Of a stretch of 24,000 bases of DNA, positions 7,456 to 15,592 are shown one piece after another (the stretch's first letter is position 1; every line of letters begins with the position of its first letter). The notes under the pieces were generated by a model. It was not told the DNA's origin. It did no database searches and worked only from the letters and a program-made list of their open reading frames with translations. The position numbers were made by a program, and so were the translations under genes. Source of the stretch: Clostridiales bacterium (GTDB lineage: Bacteria; Bacillota; Clostridia; TANB77; CAG-508); the NCBI GenBank assembly GCA_019417465.1, contig DXVF01000015.1, positions 1-24,000 of the forward strand, given 5' to 3'.

Positions 7456-8049
7456 ATGGAATGGTTAAAAGAATTATTAAAAAATGCAGGAGTAGAAAAT
7501 GTAGATGATTTAGAAAGTAAAATATCTAAAGAATTACCGAAATATTTTAAACCTGCAAGTGTTTTTAATGAGACAAATGAAAAATTAAAGAATGCAAATT
7601 CAGAAATTGAAACATTAAAAACAACACAAGCAAATATTCAAAAAGAATATGACAATTATAAAAAAGGCTCTATAAGTCAAGCTGATTATGAAACAAAGAA
7701 ACAAGAAATTGAAAACAATTCGAAAGCTGAAATAGAAAAAGTAAGACTAGAAAGCAAAATTGATTTAGCAATAAATAATGCTAAAGCTAAAAATGTTAAA
7801 TCAGTGAAGGCAAATCTTGATTTAGAAAAGATTAAACTAGATGGAGATAAACTTTTAGGATTTGACGACCAAATAGAAGCGTTAAAGAAAAGTGATGCAT
7901 ATCTATTTGAAATTGATAAAAAAGTAAATAAAGGTCTAGAAAATAATGGAGGAAATCCAAGAAAAGAAGATGGAAGTATAGACGATGATGATTTAGATGA
8001 TTTATCAGATGAAGAATACTTTGCTCTTCAAGAAAAAAATAATAAATAA
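7456..8049 (+). CDS. head scaffolding protein (phage GP20-like)
   Basis: N-terminal 'MEWLKELLKNAGVENVDDLESKISKELPKYFKPASVFNE', a coiled-coil middle and an acidic C-terminus. Directly precedes the capsid gene. Confidence 0.65.
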   Translation: MEWLKELLKNAGVENVDDLESKISKELPKYFKPASVFNETNEKLKNANSEIETLKTTQANIQKEYDNYKKGSISQADYETKKQEIENNSKAEIEKVRLESKIDLAINNAKAKNVKSVKANLDLEKIKLDGDKLLGFDDQIEALKKSDAYLFEIDKKVNKGLENNGGNPRKEDGSIDDDDLDDLSDEEYFALQEKNNK

Positions 8050-8066
8050 GAAAGAAGGAATTAATT

Positions 8067-9185
8067 ATGCCAAATAAATTATTAACATGTCAAAGAATAG
8101 CAAGAGAAGCATTACCAATGCTTGTAAACAACTTAGTAGTACCTGAGTTATTCCATACTGATTATAGTAAAGACTTTGTAAAAGAAGGAGACACAATTCA
8201 AGTTGAAAAACCATGTCAATTTGAAGCAAAAGATTTTAAAGATAAAGTAACAATTCAAGAAATTAATCAAAAAAGCGTTCCAGTAGTAATGAACCATATA
8301 GCAGATGTATCTGTAGAAATTACATCTAAAGAATTAACTTTAGATAGAGTTGCTTTTAATGAAAAAATATTAAATCCGATGATGGAAGCAATTGCTGAAA
8401 AAATAAATAAAGAAGGACTAGAAATGTACAAAAATGTTTATAAGACATTAGGTACAGCAGGGGCAACACCTTCTACAATAGAAATTATGGCAAATGCAAG
8501 AGGATTATTAAATAAGGCAAAATCTCCAATGGGAAATAGATATGCTGTATGGGATCCAGATGCAGATGTAAAATTCTCTACAATAGATGCAATTTTACAT
8601 GCAGAGAAATCTGGAAGCACACAAGCTTTAAGAGAAGGTTCTATTGGAAGAATCCAAGGATTAGAAAACTTTATGTCTCAACAAGTTGCAGTACATAAAG
8701 CAGGAACATTTACAGCTGTTACAACTCCAAAAGTAAATGCTAAAGCTATAGAAGGAAGTGAAACAATAGCTATAAAAGGTGGTTCTGCAAACGAAACATT
8801 AGTAAAAGGAGATATATTTGCAATAAATGGACAACAATATGTTGTTACAGAAGATGCTACAGCAGATACTGGTGTAATAACAGCAAAAGTATATCCAGCA
8901 GTTATTGAAGAAATTGCTACAGAAACAAATGTAACATTTATCGATAAAACTTCTGGAGGACACGTTGCTAACTTAGTATTCAATAAATTAGCATTCGCTT
9001 TTGTTTCAAGAGCATTAGCTTTACCAGTAGACGGTAGAGATTCTTATGTTATTTCTTATAAAGGATTAAACTTAAGAGTTGTTTATGGATACGATATGAG
9101 CACAAAGAAAAATATGCTATCTATTGATACTATATATGGATTTGCACCATTATATCCATCTTTAGCAGCAGTAGTACTAGGATAA
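8067..9185 (+). CDS. major capsid protein (P22 coat/gp5-like fold family)
   Basis: 372 aa. 'LTCQRIAREALPMLVNNLVVPELFHTDYSKDF' is a typical N-terminus for this capsid family. Hairpin ggcagagaaatctgcc downstream. Confidence 0.75.
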   Translation: MPNKLLTCQRIAREALPMLVNNLVVPELFHTDYSKDFVKEGDTIQVEKPCQFEAKDFKDKVTIQEINQKSVPVVMNHIADVSVEITSKELTLDRVAFNEKILNPMMEAIAEKINKEGLEMYKNVYKTLGTAGATPSTIEIMANARGLLNKAKSPMGNRYAVWDPDADVKFSTIDAILHAEKSGSTQALREGSIGRIQGLENFMSQQVAVHKAGTFTAVTTPKVNAKAIEGSETIAIKGGSANETLVKGDIFAINGQQYVVTEDATADTGVITAKVYPAVIEEIATETNVTFIDKTSGGHVANLVFNKLAFAFVSRALALPVDGRDSYVISYKGLNLRVVYGYDMSTKKNMLSIDTIYGFAPLYPSLAAVVLG

Positions 9186-9234
9186 TAAAAGGCAGAGAAA
9201 TCTGCCTTAATTTAATTATTAGGAGGTCTAAATT

Positions 9235-9471
9235 ATGAAATGTTCAAAATGTGGTAAAGAATTTTCAGAACCGATATTGCCATTACATATTGAAAGATGT
9301 GAAAAAAGTAAAAAAGCTGAAGAAAATAAATCTAAAAAAGTTGAGCAAATGAATAAAGAAGAATTACTTACTAGGGCAAAAGAATTAGAGATAATAATTG
9401 AAGATATTGAAAATACAACGAAAGCCCAAATAATAGAAATGATAAAAGCAAAAGAAAAAACTCAAGAGTAG
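9235..9471 (+). CDS. small C2HC zinc-finger plus coiled-coil protein
   Basis: aggagg RBS. 'CSKCGKEFSEPILPLHIERC' has C-x2-C-x12-H-x3-C spacing (UBZ4-like), followed by a charged helix. Confidence 0.5.
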   Translation: MKCSKCGKEFSEPILPLHIERCEKSKKAEENKSKKVEQMNKEELLTRAKELEIIIEDIENTTKAQIIEMIKAKEKTQE

Positions 9472-9479
9472 GTGATTCA

Positions 9480-9836
9480 ATGGAATTATTAGAAAAAGTA
9501 AAAGAAAGACTTGATATTACAGATACAAGTCAAGACAAAAAAATACAAGGTTATATTGATGATATTACAGATAAAATAAAATCTATTTGTAATAGATTTT
9601 ATTATCCAGAAGAACTAAATTATCTTGCAATTAATTATGCCCAAAATTGTTATCTTTACTATAAAAATAAAGATAACAATAGTAATAGTCATTTGCAAGT
9701 AACAGGTGCATCTGATAATGGACAATCTGTCACTTTTGAGACAGTAGAAATTATTACGAAAGATGATATAGACTTAGATAAAGTAATCAAAAAAAATCAA
9801 GATGAAATATCAAGATATGCATATATGGGGTGGTAA
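9480..9836 (+). CDS. head-tail connector (gp6-like / DNA-packaging family)
   Basis: 'LLEKVKERLDITDTSQDKKIQGYIDDITDKI' is a typical N-terminus for this family. Position after the capsid gene. Confidence 0.6.
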   Translation: MELLEKVKERLDITDTSQDKKIQGYIDDITDKIKSICNRFYYPEELNYLAINYAQNCYLYYKNKDNNSNSHLQVTGASDNGQSVTFETVEIITKDDIDLDKVIKKNQDEISRYAYMGW

Positions 9837-9838
9837 TA

Positions 9839-10180
9839 ATGCAAATATCAGATTTATTCAAACAAGTAATAAAAGATACTTTCTATGACAAAGATATAGA
9901 AATATGGACATCTGGAACAATAAAAGATGATGAAGGTGCAGTAATTGGAAATGGAAAATTGAATAAAGTAGATAGTTTTAAAGGTAATTTTCAATTTGCT
10001 ACAAGAGAATATATTCAAAAAGAATATGGACAGGAAATAGAGGCAAGCGCGATAGTTACTTGTGATAAGACAGTAGCCGAAATTGGCAATATTCTTATTT
10101 ATAATAATAAAGAATATGCAATCAAAAGCAAAATAACTCCTGATAGCCATGTAACCCTTTTGGTAGAAAATAATGAATAA
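9839..10180 (+). CDS. head closure / head-tail adaptor (SPP1 gp16-like)
   Basis: Size and position. ATG 9839 follows ggggtgg. The track GTG start at 9830 is an alternative. Confidence 0.5.
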   Translation: MQISDLFKQVIKDTFYDKDIEIWTSGTIKDDEGAVIGNGKLNKVDSFKGNFQFATREYIQKEYGQEIEASAIVTCDKTVAEIGNILIYNNKEYAIKSKITPDSHVTLLVENNE

Positions 10181-10208
10181 AATGTCGAATCTTGTAACAT
10201 AAAATCAG

Positions 10209-10237
10209 TTGCTTTGTTCGATATATTTCGATATAAT
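10209..10237 (+). promoter_or_regulatory. sigma-A-type promoter for the moron (TTGCTT-17-TATAAT)
   Basis: TTGCTT at 10209-10214, a 17-nt spacer, TATAAT at 10232-10237. Lies in the gap after the head-closure gene, about 30 nt upstream of the lipoprotein RBS. Confidence 0.55.
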
Positions 10238-10267
10238 TTTCTTATATTAAGCGAAAGGGGAAAGATT

Positions 10268-10621
10268 ATGAAAAAAATTTTTAAACTTATTACGCTATGT
10301 GCAATAATAGTATTGTTAATGATTATATTAACGGGTTGTACAGCAATCGAAACAAGTACAAATTCTGCAAGCAATAATTCTACAATTGGAAATAGCACAG
10401 TATCAAAAATAACCAAAGAAAATTATGAAAAAATTGAAAAAGGAATGACTAAGCAACAAGTATTCGACATTATAGGTGAAGATGCATCTATAAGTGAAAG
10501 TGAAACACCAGGTGTAGGAAAAATGGAATTATATCATTATCAGGAAATTCTTTCTGCAAAGTCAATTAATATATACTTTGTTAATGGCAAAGTATATATG
10601 AAAAATTGGGCTGAATTATAA
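10268..10621 (+). CDS. secreted lipoprotein (DUF3862/SmpA-OmlA-like domain), moron
   Basis: ATG 10268 after aaagggga. Signal peptide MKKIFKLITLCAIIVLLMIILTGC with lipobox L-T-G-C. The mature part, 'KITKENYEKIEKGMTKQQVFDIIGE...IYFVNGKVYMKNW', resembles small Firmicutes lipoprotein domains. Confidence 0.75.
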   Translation: MKKIFKLITLCAIIVLLMIILTGCTAIETSTNSASNNSTIGNSTVSKITKENYEKIEKGMTKQQVFDIIGEDASISESETPGVGKMELYHYQEILSAKSINIYFVNGKVYMKNWAEL

Positions 10622-10662
10622 GAAAGATGATAATATTAAGTACTATGCGGAGGTGATAAAGA

Positions 10663-10812
10663 ATGAAATATGATATTGGGGATAAAGTAGAATTAAAAAA
10701 TGGTTGTATTGTAGAAATTACTGAGATACATAAAAATCTATCTGATGAAATATATATATCAAGAAACATTCCAATTTCAGAAGATAAAATAGTAAGAAAA
10801 GTGGAAGAATAA
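10663..10812 (+). CDS. hypothetical 49-aa protein (second gene of the moron)
   Basis: ggaggtga RBS, ATG 10663, TAA 10810-10812. Translation MKYDIGDKVELKNGCIVEITEIHKNLSDEIYISRNIPISEDKIVRKVEE. Confidence 0.5.
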   Translation: MKYDIGDKVELKNGCIVEITEIHKNLSDEIYISRNIPISEDKIVRKVEE

Positions 10813-10816
10813 TTAT

Positions 10817-10850
10817 AAAACACTAGATTAATTTCTAGTGTTTTATTTTA
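10817..10850 (+). terminator. intrinsic terminator closing the moron
   Basis: 10-bp stem aaaacactag/ctagtgtttt with loop attaattt, followed by a T-rich tail. Confidence 0.7.
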
Positions 10851-10868
10851 TGTAAAAAGGTGATAATA

Positions 10869-11351
10869 ATGTCAAGCGTAAAAGGGTTAAATAAGATACT
10901 TTCCAATTTGAAAGAGGAAGGCAAAAATATAAATGAATGTATATTTGCAGGAGTTAAAAATTCACTTTTATTAGGACAAAAAGAAGCAAAAATGAATGCT
11001 CCGGTAAGTGCTGACGGTGGATATCTTAGAGAGAACATTCATATAAACATAGATAGACGAGATACAAAGATACAAGGTTGTATTTATGGAACAGCAGAGT
11101 ATCATGCTTATGTAGAATGTGGAACTGGACCAGTAGGAAGAGGAACATATCCATATAAAATAAAAGGATATACAATACATTATAAAGCAAATAAATGGAA
11201 AGGGAAAGTCCCGTTTTTAATAAATGAAGAAACAGGAGACCTTGGAATAAGATATATAGCAGGACAAGAGGCACAGCCACACATGTATCCTGCTTTTTTA
11301 AACGTTGAAAAAAATTTAATAAAAGAAATAAAGAAAGCTAGTAAGGGGTGA
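10869..11351 (+). CDS. HK97 gp10-family head-tail joining protein
   Basis: 'SVKGLNKILSNLKEEGKNINECIFAGVKNSLLLGQKEAKMNAPVSADGGYLRENIH' fits the HK97 gp10 family pattern. ATG 10869 after aaggtga. Confidence 0.6.
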   Translation: MSSVKGLNKILSNLKEEGKNINECIFAGVKNSLLLGQKEAKMNAPVSADGGYLRENIHINIDRRDTKIQGCIYGTAEYHAYVECGTGPVGRGTYPYKIKGYTIHYKANKWKGKVPFLINEETGDLGIRYIAGQEAQPHMYPAFLNVEKNLIKEIKKASKG

Positions 11352-11355
11352 TTGA

Positions 11356-11706
11356 ATGGAGTTTCCAAAGGCAGAGATATATAAATTGATTCAAAATGTA
11401 AAAATAAAGGAACAAGAAATAGATTATGTTCAAAACAAACCCAAAAAGTTTAAATCATTGCCCTGTATTAGTTTTTGTAATCTCATTAATACTCCTAAAT
11501 TTGCATTTAAAAACAGAATTTACTCAGAAAAAATAGATGTACAAATCGATATATGGTCAAAAGGAAGTGCTATAAACACTTTAATACTAAAAGAATTGTT
11601 AAATATAATGCAAGAAAACGGATGGACTTTAATTACTGCACAAGATATGGACAATACAAATGGTATATACAGAATAATGACTAAGTTTAGGAAGGTGTTA
11701 GAATGA
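11356..11706 (+). CDS. tail completion/terminator-like protein
   Basis: Position between the gp10-like gene and the tube gene, and size of 116 aa. Confidence 0.45.
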   Translation: MEFPKAEIYKLIQNVKIKEQEIDYVQNKPKKFKSLPCISFCNLINTPKFAFKNRIYSEKIDVQIDIWSKGSAINTLILKELLNIMQENGWTLITAQDMDNTNGIYRIMTKFRKVLE

Positions 11707-11879
11707 ATGAAATAATTCTTGATAAAACAACAGGTAAACTAAAAAATGTTAAATTTGATAATTCTGATTTATCTGCAACAACAGCAGATTTAACAGGAGA
11801 AGTAAAAATGATAAACAACGAAATGAAACTTATCTTAGCTATTTCAGTTAATGATAAGTTTCATTTTAATTTTGAATAG
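11703..11879 (+). CDS. hypothetical 58-aa protein
   Basis: ATGA overlap with the previous stop. Open 11703 to TAG 11877-11879. Below the track cutoff. Confidence 0.4.
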   Translation: MNEIILDKTTGKLKNVKFDNSDLSATTADLTGEVKMINNEMKLILAISVNDKFHFNFE

Positions 11880-11891
11880 GAGGAATGAATA

Positions 11892-12296
11892 ATGTTATAT
11901 ACAGGAAGAACAGGAAAAATAAGTATAGGTAGTAAAGAAATAGCACATATTGCTAATTTTACAGTAGACAAGGAAAATGAAATAAAGGAAGTTTCTAGTT
12001 TTGGAAAAAAATATAAAGAGAAAGTTCCAGGCGTTGCAAATTGGACTGCTTCAGCAGAAGGGGCGGCAGATTTTGCAACTGATAGCGGACAAGCAGAACT
12101 AAATAAAGCTTTTGAAGATCAAACTTTGATAGAATGTAAATTTTATTTAGATGATACTACTTATTTAAATGGGTCTGCATACATAAGCAAATTAAGCATA
12201 TCACACGATGCTGAAGGAAACGCAGAGATAAGTATTGACTTAGAAGGAAGCGGAGCTTTAGAAGATACTGGAATGTTACCAACTACAGAAGGCTAA
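11892..12296 (+). CDS. major tail (tube) protein
   Basis: aggagg RBS, 134 aa, immediately upstream of the chaperone pair and the tape measure. Confidence 0.65.
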   Translation: MLYTGRTGKISIGSKEIAHIANFTVDKENEIKEVSSFGKKYKEKVPGVANWTASAEGAADFATDSGQAELNKAFEDQTLIECKFYLDDTTYLNGSAYISKLSISHDAEGNAEISIDLEGSGALEDTGMLPTTEG

Positions 12297-12324
12297 AGTA
12301 ATTAATTTTTAGGAGGAAATAAAT

Positions 12325-12690
12325 ATGTATATTAAATATAGAGAAGAAGAAATCGAATGTGTAACAACTTTAAGAACAGCAATGAATATCCAAAAGAAGT
12401 TTAGAAAACCATATATGCAAATTCTAAAACAAATAGAAGACTTAGATTTAGAAGAACAATTAAAAATATTATATGCAGGAATAGAATTAGGAAAAAATAG
12501 TGATATTAAATTTGAAGAGCTTAAGGAATATTTCTTGGATAACGTAGGATTAGAAGCGTTAGGAGAATACATTGAAGAATTTGTGAATGGACTTCAATAT
12601 CCAGGATTAAGTGAGGAAGAAATAGAAAAAAAGTTGATTGCGAAAGCGGAGAAGCAGGACAAGATGAAAGAACTTGGTTTAATCAAATAA
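12325..12690 (+). CDS. tail assembly chaperone (gpG-like)
   Basis: Acidic 121-aa protein between the tube gene and the tape measure. Contains the slip site. Confidence 0.7.
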   Translation: MYIKYREEEIECVTTLRTAMNIQKKFRKPYMQILKQIEDLDLEEQLKILYAGIELGKNSDIKFEELKEYFLDNVGLEALGEYIEEFVNGLQYPGLSEEEIEKKLIAKAEKQDKMKELGLIK

Positions 12691-12980
12691 CTAGATTAGG
12701 AGCATCTGTAGGATTAGCTCCTAATGAAATATTAGATATGGAATTATGGCAATTTAATAATTACATAAAAGGTTATGAGCAAAAGATGATTAATAGACAA
12801 AAAGAAGAAATCTCTTTGGCGTGGCATACAGCGGTATTTAACAATCAAAAAAAGATAAAACCATTAAAAACATATTTAGAAAAAATTCAGTTAAACAAAA
12901 AAAATACTATGAGTAAACAAAGTCAACTAGAAGCAATAAGAAAAGCAAAAGAATTGGACCGAAAAGAGGTGGTTGAATGA
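12325..12980 (+). CDS. tail assembly chaperone G-T fusion made by -1 frameshift at 12627-12633
   Basis: The -1 frame is open from 12615 and reads ...KVDCESGEAGQDERTWFNQITRLGASVGLAPNEILDMELWQFNNYIKGY..., continuing into the track ORF 12738..12980. Confidence 0.65.
12627..12633 (+). promoter_or_regulatory. -1 programmed frameshift slippery heptamer A_AAA_AAG
   Basis: Zero-frame codons are gaA AAA AAG ttg, so the heptamer is correctly phased (X_XXY_YYZ). It lies inside the 12615-12690 window where both frames are open. Confidence 0.65.
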
Positions 12981-15183
12981 GTATATCTCTTGGAGTTTTA
13001 AGTTTTGGAGTAGAAGCGGATACAAAAAAACTAGACAAAAATATAAATGATGCAGACAAAAAAATTAATAGATTTTCTATGTTAGGAGTTCAGAGATTAA
13101 ATTCTCTAAACTCCTTCAGTATTAATAAAGGGAAGAAAGAGATTGATTCATTAAATAATAAGTTAAAAAAAACACAATCAGAAGCCAGTAAAACTCAATC
13201 TAAATTAGAACAAATAGACCAAAAAATGAGAACAATTAGAAACAACATAGCAGAAACAAGCGGATTAAATTTACAATATGATACGTCACAAAGTTCAAAT
13301 AAAAGAATGACAACAACAGAATATGATGAAAAACTGGAAAAATTAGCAATGGAAGATAAAGCATATCAAAAACTGGTTGAAAAAGAGCAAGAGTTATATT
13401 TAAAATCTGAACAGCATGGAGAATCTATAAATAATATAAGAACGAAAATAAGCCAAGTAGGAAAAGAAACCGAAAAAGCAGGAAAGATACAAGGTTTTAC
13501 TAACACTATAAAAAATATTGGTAGTGGAATAAAAAACATATCAGGCAGATTAGGAAATATATTGAAAAAAACTTTACAATGGAGTTCTATTTTGTTTGGT
13601 GTTGGAGGAATAATAAGTGTAATTACAAGAGGAATAAATTCTTATTTAGAAACAAATCAGCAAATGAAAACTGATTTAGATTATATGTTTTATGCAATAG
13701 GACAAGCCTTAGCTCCTGCAATACAATGGGTTATTAATTTGTTTCAAAATTTATTAGCAATAGTAGGTGCAATAGCACAAGTGTTTTTTGGAGTAAATAT
13801 ATTTGCAAACAGTTTTGCGAATTATATGAAACAAGCAAACAAAAATGCAAAAGCAACAAAGAAGACACTAGGACAATTAGCAGGATTTGATGAAATAAAT
13901 AATGTAGGAGCAAATGATAACACTGGTGGAAGTGGAAGTTCTATATCTGTTCCAGATTTTAATTTAGAAAATAAAATAGGAGAATGGATACCCAAAATTG
14001 AGGAGTTAAAAAATAAATTTGAAGAATGGAAATGGGCTATCCTGGGTGTTGTAGGAGCTTTAGCTTTAATAAAAATAGGAAGTTTGTTAGGATTAGCAGC
14101 ACCAGTAATAGCAGGAATAGTATTGATTTTTGCACGGATTAGGCTTTATAATACAAGGCATTATAAATATGGTTAGTGGAGACTTTATAACAGGGCTAAT
14201 GCAGTTTTTAGTTGGTCTAGCACTAGTTGTTGCAGGCATCTTTATACTTTTTGGTGGAATACCTGCTTTAGTAGCTTTAGTTGTAGGGATAATAGTAGGG
14301 TTAGTCATAACAATATACAGGTATGGAGATGAATTAAAACAAAAATTAAACGATTTTTCTGATTGGTTGTTTGGAATAATAGATAAAGACTGGAGAAATA
14401 TGTTCGGTCCTATGTTGGGAAGTATAATGAATGAAGGAGTATCTATTGTAAAAAGCCTGATAGATGGTTGTAAGTTATATCTTTCTGGTATGGTTGATTT
14501 TATACAAGGGATATTTAGTGGAGATTGGCGGAAGAGCTTGGGAAGGCTTGAAAAAAATAGTACAAGGTCTTTGGAAAGAACTTACAACAATATTAACAAC
14601 TCCTTTTCGCTTACTAGGTGGAGTATTAAATGGTATGATTGGAGACTTTCTCAATTTTGTAGGTAGTGCAAAAAATTGTTTTTCTAATTTTACATCTTGG
14701 CTAAAAGGTTCTATTTCTGGAATAGGTAATTCTTTTTCGAATGCTTGGAATAGTATAAAACAGGGATTCAACAATATTTGGAATAATTTAGTTACACCAC
14801 ATATTAAAATGCCTCATATTAATATTTCTTATTCATATAGTGGTTTTGCAGCAGAAGCAGCTAAGGTGTTAGGATTGCCAGGATTTCCCAAATTTAATGT
14901 TAGTTGGTATAAAAACGGTGGTGTATTCGGAGAAAAATCTATAATAGGTGTAGGAGAATATACTGGTGCAGGAAGTAATCCAGAAATCGTTGCACCTCAA
15001 AATTTGATATATCAAACAACTGCACAAGCATATAGAGATGTTTCAGGAAGCACTCAAGTTTCAGAAGAAAAAACATCGCAACGAATAATAATTAATGTTG
15101 GAAATAGGAAAATGTTTGATGATTTTATAGATTATGCAAAAGAACAGAAACGTAAAAATGGCGTTTCTGTTCTTTTTGAATAG
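12977..15183 (+). CDS. tape measure protein, read through two +1 shifts at in-frame CGG (14135, 14529)
   Basis: Coiled-coil N-terminal half, TM-rich middle and G/W-rich C-terminal half. The three track ORFs join as ...VLIFA-G-LGFIIQGIINMVSG... and ...IFSGDW-G-RAWEGLKKIVQGLW... Confidence 0.85.
14135..14138 (+). other. +1 recoding site, C-GGA
   Basis: Zero frame reads gca CGG att agg ... TAG (14174). The +1 frame reads GGA TTA GGC TTT ATA, which keeps an uncharged TM helix. The +1 frame is closed by TGA at 14124-14126. Confidence 0.7.
14529..14532 (+). other. +1 recoding site, C-GGA
   Basis: Zero frame reads tgg CGG aag agc. The +1 frame reads GGA AGA GCT TGG GAA GGC TTG AAA (GRAWEGLK). Protein-like sequence switches frames here. 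Confidence 0.65.
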
Positions 15184-15192
15184 GAGGGAATT

Positions 15193-15579
15193 ATGAGTGT
15201 ACAATGGTGGAAAGGCAACAAAAAGATGAAGAATCCTTCAAAATTGAAAATTGATGCAGAAGATTTAGATGACAATAGTTATAGAAGTGCTGTAACAGGA
15301 GCTTTGATAGATACTGTTGTAGCTAAAAAAATGCACAAATTTGGATTTACATATGATCATTTAACAGAAAAAGAAGCAGAAGACATCTTACAAGAAATAG
15401 ATGAAAATCCTGTTAATTTAACAATAAAAACTCCTTATGTTAAAGGTGGAAAAATTACAGCTGATTTTAGATGTAGTAAATGGAGTATAGAATTGTATAA
15501 AGATGATGATGATAGTGAAGAAGAGTGGGCAGAATTAACTTTTAATCTTGTTCAAAAAAAGAAGGCAGCTAATCAATAA
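15193..15579 (+). CDS. short distal-tail-like protein
   Basis: aggaggg RBS, 128 aa, between the tape measure and Tal. Confidence 0.4.
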   Translation: MSVQWWKGNKKMKNPSKLKIDAEDLDDNSYRSAVTGALIDTVVAKKMHKFGFTYDHLTEKEAEDILQEIDENPVNLTIKTPYVKGGKITADFRCSKWSIELYKDDDDSEEEWAELTFNLVQKKKAANQ

Positions 15580-15592
15580 AGGAGGCTAAAAT

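Noticed and set aside
14130-14666. Track ORF 14130..14666 as an independent membrane protein starting at TTG.
   Set aside because: It has no RBS. Its N-terminus continues the hydrophobic helix of the preceding tape measure segment, and its C-terminal 45 aa are out-of-frame nonsense. It is better explained as the middle segment of the tape measure protein.
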